A DNA stretch of 63,722 nucleotides, filler included, from Octopus bimaculoides (lineage: Eukaryota), in assembly GCF_001194135.2 (NCBI RefSeq). It is 8 parts of 7 records of this genome, joined end to end, with 100 filler letters (N's around TTAATTAATTAA, not from the genome) between each part and the next. Parts side by side here need not be neighbours in the genome. Positions count along the whole stretch, not along the records: positions 31,128 to 43,846 come from NC_068986.1; positions 43,947 to 51,802 come from NC_068989.1; positions 51,903 to 58,523 come from NC_068998.1; 5 more parts are not named here. One strand, given 5' to 3'. Under the pieces are notes generated by a model. It was given only the letters and a program-made list of their open reading frames with translations. It had not been told where the DNA came from and ran no database searches. Shown here piece by piece: positions 40,760-53,099 of this stretch. Each line of letters begins with the position of its first letter. Position 1 is the first letter of the stretch. The translations under genes were made by a program, and so were the position numbers.

Positions 40760-40927
40760 ACAGGCGCAGGCGTGGTTATGTGGTAAGAAGCATGCTTCCA
40801 AACCACATGGCTCTGGGTTCAGTCCCACTGTGTGGCACCTTAGGCAAATGTCTTCTTCTATAGCTGCCAGCCGACCAAAACCTTGTGAGTGGATGTAGCA
40901 GACGGAAACTGAAAGAAGCCCGACGTG
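40760..40927 (+). mobile_element. SINE family B, near full length
   Basis: GGCGCAGGCGTGGTTATGTGGTAAGAAGCATGCTTCCAAACCACATGGCTCTGGGTTCAGTCCCACTGTGTGGCACCTTAGGCAAATGTCTTC..., with A-box and B-box-like motifs. Confidence 0.9.
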
Positions 40928-41741
40928 TATGTGTGCGTGTGTGTGTGCATGTGTGTGTGCGTGTGTGTGTGTGTGCGCGCGTACATGCGCGTGTGTCTTT
41001 GAGTATGTTTGTCTCCTACCACCTCTTGACAACCTTTGTGGTCTGGTATAAGAGACCGATAGAATAAGTACCAGGCTAAAAGATTTTGCAGGCGGTGCCC
41101 CAGCATGGCCACATTCAAATGACTGAAACAGATTAAAGATGTTTGTATGTATGGGAGGAAGGTTTTTTTTTTTCATGCATGTTTTTTTAAAGACATGACT
41201 ATGTTGGAGTTTAGCCATTTTCAATAAAAAAAAAGCTATTCCTATTTTCACATTAGCCTTTGTATATAGTACTAGTATGGTACAAGAACCAAACACATAC
41301 TCGTTACAGAATTGATGACTACGATATTTTACAAAAATCATAGAATAAATGCATCACACCTACCAACAAACTCATAGCTAAAATATATCAAATTTCAGAA
41401 TGAAAAACCTTCTCATCAGCACGAAACCTCAAACAAGCAACTGCAGCGTGTATTTCAAACAACCAATGTAATATTCGAATTTCAATGTAAACTACATTAC
41501 TGAAACTGTTACATTGGACTCACAAATACGATACTTTCTCGGAAGTTTGACATGCATTTGCAATAAGGAACCATTTCAGACAAATATTTTAATACAGTAC
41601 ACGAAATACTGAAAAAGCGAAATTACAATTCTATTGAGAATTCCACACAAAAAAATTCATAAAGTTACTATGTAAAGTTTCTTACTAGCAAAGCACAAAT
41701 AAAACATCAACATATAACTGCATCACACCAGTCTATATTAC

Positions 41742-41839
<98 letters not shown>

Positions 41840-42149
41840 GAACAGGCAGACAAATTGACAGACAGGGCGAGTGGAGTGTGGGAGGATAAACTAGATATAT
41901 GAAAACAGCATTAAATATAGAACTCAATATGTAAAATAGAGTTGAATATTTATTATTTAAGAAGATGACAGTGACTTCGAAGCTTCGAAAACTGACTTTT
42001 GAAACTAGATTAGAATAATAGTTATATTTATACAGCTTAAGGTTATTTTGGATAAATATTTATACAGCTTCGGGTTATTTTGGACAGGTAAAACATACGT
42101 AATGAGTGAAGCAGAATTATCGATAAAGGATGAAATATAAGAAATGGAA

Positions 42150-43100
42150 ATAGCGGGAATATGGTCTATTCAACATATTCTAAGAAAGAATGAAGGTAGT
42201 TTCCAGATATCTTCCAGTTTTTTCATATATTGATAGAAAGAGTGTCCGTGTTTTCGTGGCGATTCTCCATGCATTATAATTTCCAAATACCCCACAGCAA
42301 AATTTGCATAAAGGGGAGTAATTTCGTGCCCATTGCAGTTCCGGATGTCTTTGTCGATAACATTCGACATCAAGTATGAGATAGCAATTTTAATCCTTAA
42401 ATCATCAATTCTTTTTCTATATATTCTGATAATTCTGCAAAATACTTCCGCCAGGATTTAATCGCTTCTATTCCATAGTCGTAAGAGATGTTTGTTCACA
42501 AATTCACAACATCAGAAAATTGAAGAAGCAAAGTTTTCATTGATCGTTTTGGGAAGATGGTTCAACATATCTAGATCGAATCTTTCAATATGATGTCTAA
42601 ACAATGGGTTTCACAAGTTGAACCGTCTTCATTTTAAATCGTTTGGAGATAGAACATCAATGCATACGTTTGCCGATTCTTTGTTAGCTTTACTTACAAT
42701 TTTGCCTTTGTGAACATTTGATATGTAGTAGAAACGACTTCATTTACATTTAAAGCTAGATGTATAGTTGCATTCTTTATCTATTCTATTTCTATATGTG
42801 TAATGAAGTTGTAAGGATATTCGTTACATTCTGTTGGTTGTAATTTTTGACCTTTCGTCATGTATATCCACTTCTGGTATGGTATGGGTAAAACAAGATT
42901 TTTATAATATTCAGCCTCCATCAGATGCATTAATAGAAAATGTATTATTATTTTTCAATTCAATGTTATTTTTCCATTCAGTAGTGCTGATATTTGACTT
43001 AATTCTTTATTTATGTAAGACATTATATGGAAAATTAAAAATCTGGTCACGGAAATTGTCAAGTGCGATATTCATACACTTGGCTCACAACTGATCATCT
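42150..43100 (-). mobile_element. Decayed Penelope-like retroelement RT
   Basis: Frameshifted motifs SRFYYISNVHK, FSDVVNL*TNISYDYGIEAIK and TSGTAMGTK..PLYANFAVGYLE correspond to the PLE FYxLPKIHK, FDVxxLYTNI and GTAMG..AP.YAN motifs. Confidence 0.85.
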
Positions 43101-43243
43101 TTGTTCCAAAGAAGAGTATGTGTGTGTTTGTGTGTGCTTGTGTGTGAATGTGTGTGTGAGCGCGCGAGCGCATGTGTGTCTGTGTCTGTGTCAGTGTGCG
43201 TTCGTGTGAATGTGCGTACGTATGTGTAAATGTCTATATATTT

Positions 43244-43549
43244 GGAGGCGCAATGACCCAGTCGTTAGGGCAGCAGACTCGCGGTTGTAGGATCGCGGTT
43301 TCGATTCCCAGACCGGGCGTTGTGAGTATTTATTGAGCGAAAACACCTAAAACTCCACGAGGCCCGTCAGGGAGCGGTGGCGAACACTGCTGTACTATTC
43401 CACCACAACTTTCTCTCACTCTTTCTTCCTATTTCTGCTGTACCTGTATTTCAAAGGGCCAGCCTTGTCATACTCTGTGTCATGCTGAATCTTCCCGCGA
43501 ACTACTGTCTGTGGAGTACTCAGCCACTTGCACGTTAATTTCACGAGCA
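43244..43549 (+). mobile_element. tRNA-derived SINE family D
   Basis: GGAGGCGCAATGACCCAGTCGTTAGGGCAGCAGACTCGCGG...GGTTTCGATTCCCAGACCGGGCG gives a clear tRNA-like A-box/B-box head, followed by a non-tRNA body. Confidence 0.75.
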
Positions 43550-43761
43550 TACATGTACTTACTGAAAAAGTGGATCCGCCCGTTTGCTAGTTAGGTCACT
43601 TCGAGTCTATAAGAGTTGTTTTTTCCTCTGATTCAGGGGAAATAATCCGTTCTCGTTAACGTTTTTTTTTTTGTTTTTTGTTTTTGTTAAGACGTATTTC
43701 TCGGTTTCCGGGCGTTTCCTCACGTCCGTAACGTAGAAATTAAAAAAATTTTTGTTTTTTT

Positions 43762-43828
43762 TATATAGTCTGACGAGCTGTCCACATGATTTTGGCTTTG
43801 TGGATACGAAACCTTGAGTAACTCTATG
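43762..43828 (+). ncRNA. Type I hammerhead ribozyme, near-intact
   Basis: Core CTGACGA (43770-76). Stem II GCTGTCCACA/TGTGGATAC is 9 bp with a 1-nt bulge and a 12-nt loop. GAAA (43808-11). Minimal stem III AC-CTTGA-GT. Cleavage triplet GTA (43818-20). Stem I TATATAGT/ACTCTATG pairs 7 of 8. Confidence 0.75.
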
Positions 43829-44595
43829 TCCAAGGTATAAAATTTTNNNNNNNNNNNNNNNNNNNNNNNNNNNNNNNNNNNNNNNNNNNNTTAATTAATT
43901 AANNNNNNNNNNNNNNNNNNNNNNNNNNNNNNNNNNNNNNNNNNNNTATATATATATATATTCACACGTTCACGTATAGTCATCGATGTAAGGAAAATAT
44001 TGATATTTTATCTATGATAGATTCTTAGTGAATAATCAAATAATGAATTTTTGATTATTACTTTCGATACTTGATTCAAACACTTTATGAAATTAGAGGA
44101 GTATGACATATCGCTAAAAAAATGAGACGGACAGGCAGACAAAACAGACACACATACGCACACACACACACAAACATTGTATAGACACATATTATATATA
44201 TATATATTGCATATGAATACAATCTATTAAGATGATAATAAATCAGTGTTTTCCCTTATATCACTATTATTTTATTAACAGTTTGTCTTTAAAAATATTA
44301 CTTTCACTGATATAAAATACACTGTATTTTTTATAATAGTGTATATTATTTTATATATTAATATTATCATTATGCATCGTATTGTATATTATATATAATA
44401 ATAATAATGATAATAATAATAATAATGATAATAATAATAATACTATTCAATATAATATATAATAATGATATATAAAATGATATATTTTTATCATACATAT
44501 TTTATTTTATTTTATTTTATATATATATATATATATATACATACATACACACACACACGCACACACACACACACACACNNNNNNNNNNNNNNNNN

Positions 44596-44630
<35 letters not shown>

Positions 44631-45628
44631 GTAGTTAATAGTGAGGGATTATCAGTTATGGCAAAATACTTCATAAGCACAAACTCTATGTTGGCACAGC
44701 AGGTTAACAATATTGTTTAAATAAATGAAGAACTCCAAGTATTCTTACGGCAGGGACGAAGGTGATTGTAAATCCGTGGTTGGGCTCCAGACAAATTGGT
44801 TTTTACGCAGTGATATATAGATCAAGTCATTACATAATATCCATTTATTAGAGCATGTGTGGCTTACAGCTGTTTCCAGTTATCATTATGGCTGCGTCAC
44901 AGATAGGTTTACTCAGTCAGTCTATCGATCAGTTGAGAAAAATTGAACGACCTAAAGACATTAATGCTACTTTCGTCAGCGCCATTTCTGGTTATAACAA
45001 AGCAGAATCCTGAAGGAATGGTGAGTGCATGGGGGAGGGGTGAAAAAGATGGAAATATGCAAGTAGAATAGAGAAAAGGAGGAAGACAGGTTACAAAGGG
45101 GTTTAGAGATGTCAGGAAAAGATAAAGGAAGGGTTCACTTAATAGTATTAAGTGTGTATGATGACCGAAATTTACGAAAAGGACAGTCATATAGCAGTGT
45201 TTGAAATCAGGTCAACACACATGAACATATTAATATTGCTTTTAGGTTCGATATTCTCCAAATGTGTTGAACTTTGATATGGGCCATTTATACACATGAC
45301 CAATCGAAGTCTTTAATATTTGGTCCTTGGTGCTATCAAGAATCGTGGGGGAATTGTTTTAGAAGATGAATGAAATATTAGTTTGTAATGAAATTGTGGT
45401 GTAGAGATCAAGAAAGATCTGATTTGCTAAGATATAAAATGCTGATACATTGAGAGATGTGAGGCTGAAGTGAGATAAATTCAAGTTGAGTTTTTGAAAT
45501 TAACCTCATGACATGAGTTTTAAAATTTAAATCATTAAATGGATTACGGATTAACATTTGAACGAAAGTTAATATTTCTAAATTTAGTGTTAAAAGCACA
45601 CTAAATATTAACACACATTCACACACAC

Positions 45629-45667
<39 letters not shown>

Positions 45668-45677
45668 NNNNNNNNNN

Positions 45678-45727
<50 letters not shown>

Positions 45728-46096
45728 TTATTTATTACAATGTTATTTCCATGAAATTCCGATCCGACATGTGTTTTTGTTAGATAGTTGTCCTAATGTC
45801 CCTTGATGTGGCATTTATGAGCACTTAGTTGGTTCTGCTGCAGTTCATTTTCATCCAGAGTAGGCATTCCTATGCAGCCTTGTTCAATATCGTTCCCATA
45901 CCAGTGGGTGAAGTGAACTGAGGATCAAGTGTCAGATCATAAAACCTTAGGTTATACGACAGAATAGATTGCTTTGAAAAACAATAGGGCTATAGTTCAG
46001 GTATCATTTAAACATAGAATGACCTTTAAGAATTTAAGGGAATNNNNNNNNNNNNNNNNNNNNNNNNNNNNNNNNNNNNNNNNNNNNNNNNNNNNN

Positions 46097-46145
<49 letters not shown>

Positions 46146-46899
46146 CGCGAGTACATTTGTTAGATCATAGAGACCTTGAGCTATGACTCTTCAAAGTGAT
46201 AGTAATATTCATTATCTTTGTGCTGCATATCTGTTTCTGCGTGTATCAACGTCATAAAACGCAGTTTCTAGAAGTAATAAAATGCATCACTGACAATTAG
46301 TCATACTTTCTGGGAAGACATCATTCTCGGTAAAAGACATCCATGAACAAAATGCTAGCTTTTACAAAAATATTGAAAAAAAAACAAAAAAAAGAAACAG
46401 AAAATGGCTCAGAAACGTTAGGACCTTTGGCAGTTTTACAGGAACTATAAAAAGAAGATTTGCTAAAAGTCATGTTTGGTAACGAAAATTTATTGAAATA
46501 ATTTTTATCTAAAGTTGCTTTCGTTTGTCACCCTTTAAAACTCAAGATTCAATTTCAGGTATAAACTTGCATAAATCAAACAATACCCAATGCATTATAA
46601 TAAAGAGACTATCTCCGCAATGACCGACTTTGCCCTTCATTCTTTGAGCACTGTGGTCGATGCAATCAATACTCTCCACCCTCAAAATGTCTGGTCTTGT
46701 ACCAAAACTAGAAAGAACAAGAGCTCTCAGAGAGTGCAAACATCCGCCGTGGCAACACTAACGTCCTCTCAATGATTTGCCAGAGATGGTTTTTAAAATG
46801 AGAATATTTGAAGTAACGTCGAATGCTTTCACAAACGAGAATACTAAAAATGAACACAACCGCTCTCAAAAATTAAGTAGAAAAAAAAAAAGAGAAAAC

Positions 46900-47098
46900 T
46901 AATCCAGAATCCTTGTCCGATACCCGATCGATCCCCAAATATAATTAGTTCGTGCCAGTCACGAGGCCAAACATCCCTGAAAGTTTCATCCGAATCCATC
47001 CAGCGGTTCTTGAGATATCTTGTCCATTGGACAACCAACCAACCAACCAAACACGACTGAAAATAATACGCCCTCTTTCGCTATGGTGGAGGTAATTA
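46900..47098 (+). mobile_element. Possible DINE/HINE-like (Helentron-associated) non-autonomous element 3' part
   Basis: AAAGTTTCATCCGAATCCATCCAGCGGTTCTTGAGATATC, a short (CAAC)n tract, then a degenerate terminal hairpin TAC...GGTGGAGGTA. The architecture fits this class. Confidence 0.4.
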
Positions 47099-47650
47099 TG
47101 ATAAAACGGTCATTTCTGCAAGACAAATAACTGGTAATTGGATAATGGTCAAGGTACAACCATAAATTTTATAACCTCTCTGGATATTCAGATGTTGTCT
47201 ACACCTGATCATCCATAGCTGCATTATATTCTTACAGGAGGGATTATATTACTGTTATGCAGAATACATGAAAGATTGTTTAAGAGCTAGGCATCTTACT
47301 CCGTTACGTAAATGGTCACGACCGTTTCCTGTTTTGAACCCATCAGAAATTTCATGGCATCATATAACAGAGAATGACATTATAATTCTTCAAAAATTTC
47401 GTATTTAATACTGAATATACTGCAAGCTTGAAGACACAGTAGATAACACCAGATTAATCAGAACATTTGACTGAACGGTGCTTAACCGTGTCGATGCGTA
47501 TTGGAAATATCGAAATAAGCAGTGAGCGTAACTTGGCAGAGTGTACCACGCTTTCGCTAATTGTTAAAGGTGCCAGTTAAATCGCGACCGGAAACAAACA
47601 TTTTGTCAAACTTCTTGCTCTTAACTCAGTGGAATATCGAGCATGTTACA

Positions 47651-47721
<71 letters not shown>

Positions 47722-49074
47722 ATAGAGAGAGAGAGAAGGAAGGAGAGATCTATCTGCCATCGGCCGGTACTCAGTATGAACTGGGCAAAGTAGGACAACA
47801 TGAAATGAAGTGACTCCGTCAGAGATACAACGCCTCGCCCGTTCTCGGAATAGAACGCAAGCCTTTATGGTCATATGTCAACATCCAGTCTTCTTAGCCA
47901 TGTAAATGAATTATCATAACAATTCTTCAGAAATGTATGTTTGACATTTATAATAGTGCAAAAATCTTCCGCAGTCATTTTCTCGTTATCTGAGGTTATC
48001 TGCTGTTATAAGTATTCACTTTGATCTACATCTGCACAAGCAATTATATATAATATATACATCCTTCAAGTGTATTCAGATTTTTGGCTAGAACTATATC
48101 CATCCGTCCATACATGCATACATAAAAAACATGTGTGTGTGTGTGTGTGCATCTATGTATATATGTATATATATGTATCTATGTATGTATATATACTTTT
48201 GATTAGAGGTTGTGTTAACCTCATAAAGGTATAGCTTCAGCCAAGGATATACTGGTTCAATACCTATTACTTTGGAGGAATTAATTTTCTTAAAATAATA
48301 CGTATATATAAAAAAATATATAATTTATATTCATATAAAAGAAGAAAAGAAAATGGACATTGAGAGGTTAATAGCTATTTATTATTAACAGCAAATTAAT
48401 CTTCTTCACTTACAGCTGTTTCAATTAATACACAGTGGATATTAAGTAAATATTAAATTTATATTTATATGACGTGAGCATAATATCTTCACAGGGAAAA
48501 ATATCCTTGGATGTTTTGTATGTGTTTATAGATTAATTATAGCAAACTGAATGATACGGTTTATGATTTGTATTGTTATATGTTCGGGCAAGGTGTTTAC
48601 AGGTTGATTGGAGATAAGATAGAGTAGGTAAATAGAATTAGAACCATAAATGAATAAATGAAATAGAGATGACAGAGGAAATTAAAATATAAAATATAAA
48701 TAAAAGAAAGGAATATTCGTTTATAAAATATGAATAAGTTATGAAACTTTGTATATATGCACACATACATATATGTATCCGTAAATCCATATATATATAC
48801 ACACAGAGGCACATACACATACCCACACATATGCATACATCCACACTTACACGCATATAAGCGCATACATGTATATACATATATATAAATACATATGCAC
48901 AAATACATGAATACGTATGCATACTCACACATACATATATGTATATACATATGTTTACTCGTCATACCCATCGCCCCTATATTAACGTATTTAATATTTA
49001 CTGAGTATTAACTGAAACAGCTGTAAGTGAAGATGCTTAATTTACTGTTAATTGACAATTGTTAAAGTCTCAAT

Positions 49075-49151
49075 CTTCTTCTTCTTCTTCTTCTTCTTCT
49101 TCTTCTTCTTCTTCTTCTTCTTCTTCTTCTTCTTCTTCTTCTTCTTCTTCT
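49075..49151. repeat. (CTT)n microsatellite
   Basis: Direct reading. Confidence 0.97.
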
Positions 49152-49920
49152 ACATATATATATGGTTGATTAATTTTATGTTCGGTTATAATAAAGACAA
49201 TTTTACATTAACCTGACGGGTTACTCTATCCTTTCGTAGAGTTTAAATTCATTATTTTTCAATAAGTGACTTCGAATTTTCGGTCAGTTACGCGAACGTC
49301 GGACATGTGTATGTATGCATGCATTTATGTATGTATACACACACACACGCACATGTATTTACTATAGAATTATCATCATTCATATAATGCTTTATTCCTT
49401 TATTCATTCATATAACTTCTGTATTATTTCATTTATACCTTATCGATTTCTTCGTATTTATTGTAATAAATTAAAAAAAAAAATTCCATTTACTTTTTTA
49501 TATTTTTAGATGACTGGGAATAACAGGAAAGACTACTGTTGACGATGCAAAAACTCCTTAGATGAATTGATATGAATTTCGGTTTAGTAAAATGAGCGAA
49601 TGGAACGAAAATGGAAGAAAATTAATTACAAATAAAACCTAATATTGAGTTAAATAAAGAAACAGAGATAAAACGAGTGAGACCAAACAGAAACTTCGGA
49701 ATACTGACCAATTAATGAGGTAGACAGGAAATATCAAATACAATTGAAACAAACGTTTTAGAAGAAATATCATAAATGCATTATATTAATTTTTAAAGCA
49801 GGGTTCGAAATAAAACATAAATATGATCACATGTATTAATATTTGGCGAGTTGAAAGTATCGTTAGCGCGCCGAACAAAATACTCAGCGGTATTTCGTCC
49901 GTTCTTTTATTCTTTTACTT

Positions 49921-50076
49921 GTTTTAGTCATTTGACTGCGGCCATGCTGGAGCAGCGCCTTTAGTCGAACAAATCGACCCCAGGACTTATACTTTGTAAA
50001 TCTAGTAACTATTCTTTCGGTTCTCTTTTGCCGAACCGTAAGTTACCGAGGCGTAAACACAACAGTATGGTTGTGA
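49921..50076 (+). mobile_element. Short interspersed repeat family E (other copies: 31722-31895 +, 13548-13752 -, 41008-41138 -, 28265-28380 +)
   Basis: GTCATTTGACTGCGGCCATGCTGGAGCA.CGCC...TAGTCGAACAAATCGACCC...CTTTTGCCGAAC.GT.AAGTTAC is shared by several loci and often abuts a family B copy. Confidence 0.8.
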
Positions 50077-50097
50077 AGTACACACACACACACACAC

Positions 50098-50256
50098 GAC
50101 CAGCTTCTTTCAGTTTCCGTCTACCGAATCCACTCACAAGGCTTTGGTCAGCCCGAGCCTATGGCAGAAGACGCTTGCCTAAGATGCCACACAGTGGGAT
50201 TGAACCCAGAACTAATTGGTTGGGAAGCAATCTGCTTACCACACAGCCAAACCTGC
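50098..50256 (-). mobile_element. SINE family B (further degenerate copies near 1695-1843, 3085-3200, 28505-28680, 31928-32042, 54785-54905)
   Basis: Plus strand: CTTCTTTCAGTTTCCGTCTACCGAATCCACTCACAAGGCTTTGGTC...GGGATTGAACCCAGAAC...CTTACCACACAGCCA. Confidence 0.85.
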
Positions 50257-50259
50257 ACC

Positions 50260-51330
50260 ATCTTTATGTTCTGAGTTCAAATTCTGCTGAGGTTGACGGT
50301 TGACTTTCATCCTTCGATGATGGATAACCAGATGAGTACTGGGGGGGGGGGATGTAATCGATTCCCCCCCTCTCCCAAAATTCCTGGCCTTTTGCCAAAA
50401 TTAGAAAACAATCTTATAGTTGTTCCAAAGGCAGCGAGCTGGCAGAATCGTTAGCACGCCGGGCGAAATTGCTTAGCGGTATTTCGTCTGCCGTTACGTT
50501 CTGAGTTCAAATTCCACCGAGGTCGACTTTGCCTTTCATCCTTTCGGTGTCGATTAAATAAGTACCAGTTACGTATTGGGGTCGATATAATCGACTTAAT
50601 CCGTTTGTCTTTCCTTGTTTGTCCCCTCTGTCTGTAACCCCTTGTGGGCAATAAAGAAATAAGAATCGTTACTGCGCCGGACAAAATGTTTAACAGAATT
50701 TCGTCTGTCCTTATGTTCTGAGCTCAAATTCCACCGAGGATCACTTTGCATTTCATTATATCGGGATCGATAAAATAGTTGAATACCAGTTGAATACCGG
50801 GGTCGATGTAATCGACTTATCTCCTCCCACAAAAGTTGAAACCAATATTGCTGTTGTTCCACTCTGAAGTGGTGAGCTGAAAGAACCATCATCGTGTTGG
50901 ACAAAATGCTTAGTGGTAATCGGTATTTCTTCCTGCATTTTAGGCGTCGAACTCAAATTCCGCATAGGTCAACATTGCTTTCTACTGGGTTGATCAAATA
51001 AAGTACCAGTGAAGTACTCGGGTCGATGTCCTTGACTGACCCCTGCCTTCTAAAATTGCAGGTTTTGTAGCAAAGTTTGAAACCATCATAACTGTTCCAG
51101 TGATAAACTATAAACTGTCTGCGTTGTGAGTTCAACTTCTATGGAAGTGAGCTTTGCTTTTCATAATTTCGGGATTGGTAGAACGGAAAAAAAAGAAGAA
51201 TGTTCTAACCTAAAGTCTTTGATTGGCTGGAATGTAAGAACGTCAAATCGGATGCTTTGTGGTAACTATTGCGGCTCTTTACATTCTCAGTTCAAATATT
51301 GCTATAGCCAAAGTGGTTAGCACACTTAAT
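50260..51330 (+). mobile_element. Array of about 5-6 SINE family A copies or fragments of differing divergence (best copy 50428-50665)
   Basis: Repeated GAGTTCAAATTC / GAGCTCAAATTC / GAACTCAAATTC B-box regions lie near 50275, 50505, 50720, 50950, 51130 and 51290, with repeated GGGGTCGATGTAATCGAC motifs. Confidence 0.85.
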
Positions 51331-51389
51331 ACATTACCGGGAGTTAAAGCCGCCGCCTCGTAGCTTGGTGGGCTTGAGCAGAGCCGACA

Positions 51390-51600
51390 ATATATAAGGA
51401 AAGTAATAAACAGTATTCATTAGAATGGTCTATATTAGCTAGATCAATGCCATATGAGAGAGGAAGAGAGTATTGTTCGCTATGTACGGTGGAACTATAC
51501 CACATACTCTTCTCTAAGTATAAATTGATTAATAAAGTAAAGAATAATGCTCTGAAATGTACGCATATCATAAGAAGTACATTTCGTTGGTATAAATGAT
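51390..51600 (+). mobile_element. Penelope-like GIY-YIG C-terminal fragment
   Basis: IYKESNKQYSLEWSILARSMPYERGREYCSLCTVELYHILFSKYKLINKV..KCTHII..FRWYK*; it shares the W.I..PY..C.LC pattern with the 59634 fragment. Confidence 0.75.
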
Positions 51601-51904
51601 CTTAAGATGTGATGAAGTACAACATGATGTCTCATGTATGTTTGTGTATGTGCAATTATGCATATATGGATGAGTGCATATAAGTGTGTGTGTGTATATA
51701 TGAAAGATATGCATATATATATATATGATCCCCTCTGGTCAGAAATGACTATGGGATTACACCTAGAAAGTTCCCTTCCGAGGCAAAATTCAGGGCGAGG
51801 TTNNNNNNNNNNNNNNNNNNNNNNNNNNNNNNNNNNNNNNNNNNNNTTAATTAATTAANNNNNNNNNNNNNNNNNNNNNNNNNNNNNNNNNNNNNNNNNN
51901 NNTA

Positions 51905-51953
<49 letters not shown>

Positions 51954-51969
51954 TATACATGTGTGTGTA

Positions 51970-52012
<43 letters not shown>

Positions 52013-52034
52013 ATATGTATATATAGCCCTCTTA

Positions 52035-52430
52035 GACATGCCCACGGTCACTCGGACAGCCACTGTCACTAGCTATGCCGATGATACAAAATTATGACAG
52101 GCAATAAAAAACGAAGGTCACGTCGCAAGCTTACAGCGGGACCTGAATTCGATATACAAGTGGTCTGAAATAAACAACATGCAGTTTAATGCTGGAAAAT
52201 TTCAAGCACTGCACTATCAGCTCACAAATGCACTACTGCCTGCATATACAGGACCCGAAGGCACTACAATCCCAGAGTTACAGGTAGTGAAAGACTTGGG
52301 AATAAGTATGTGCAATGACACATCATTTTATATGCACATTACCAAGATGGCAGCAAAGTGCAAACAACTGGCCGGATGGATACTGATGTCCTTCAAGACA
52401 AGAGACAAAGAAACTATGTCGACCCTGTGT
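52035..52430 (+). mobile_element. CR1/L2-group LINE reverse transcriptase fragment
   Basis: VTSYADDTKL*..LQRDLNSIYKWSEINNMQFNAGKFQALHY..VKDLGI..HI..KCKQLAGWILMSFKTRD. Confidence 0.85.
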
Positions 52431-53064
52431 CGAAGGTGGTGCTCTAGAACGGACGCAGCAGGTAACTAAAACCAGAAAAGAATAAAAGTAAAAAACGACT
52501 GATTTGTGTTTATGTCCCTCCAGTATATGGTTTGAGCAGGCCCATTATCATACTTTAAGGCCTGGGTGTCCTTCAGAATATTCTGGGTGGGCACTAATTT
52601 GTAATAATGCTAAAGTGGAGTAAATCCAAGGGTGTACCATTGAATAGTGAGGGGGAAGTACCGTCCAATGCAGCCCCTTAGCAATGGGCACGGATCTGAG
52701 GTAGACGAGGTTGCTGCACGTTGAATGACCACGTTGAGGTTCTGCCTTGGCTCGTACTGATGGCTTATATAAATATTGACCTCTGTAACTAGTTTAACTT
52801 ATATAAGTTCGTGGTTGGAAATGAAGTTGAAGTATCCTGTTAAGTTCGCTAGAGATAATTATTGTCAGAAGAGTATCAGGAAAAAAAACAACAGAAATGG
52901 TTTGGTTCTGGTTTCTTTTTGCAATATAAGAATTTAATATATTGCAATTCGATAATTCTCATTCATCATTCTTGACAGAGAGAATTCGGTAGATTGGCAT
53001 ATAGGTGGTTGTGATAGCAGAGAAATAACAGTAAAAATATCTCAACACACACGCACGCACGCAC

Positions 53065-53099
<35 letters not shown>

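Noticed and set aside
41385-41420. Minus-strand CTGATGAG...GAAA hammerhead
   Set aside because: Stem II does not pair properly and there is no stem III/UH or stem I.
43244-43320. tRNA gene
   Set aside because: It has A and B boxes but no complete cloverleaf and continues into a SINE body; the same applies to other SINE heads.
52480-52800. Additional LINE RT fragment on the minus strand
   Set aside because: The higher GC suggests an old repeat, but I could not read a convincing RT motif.
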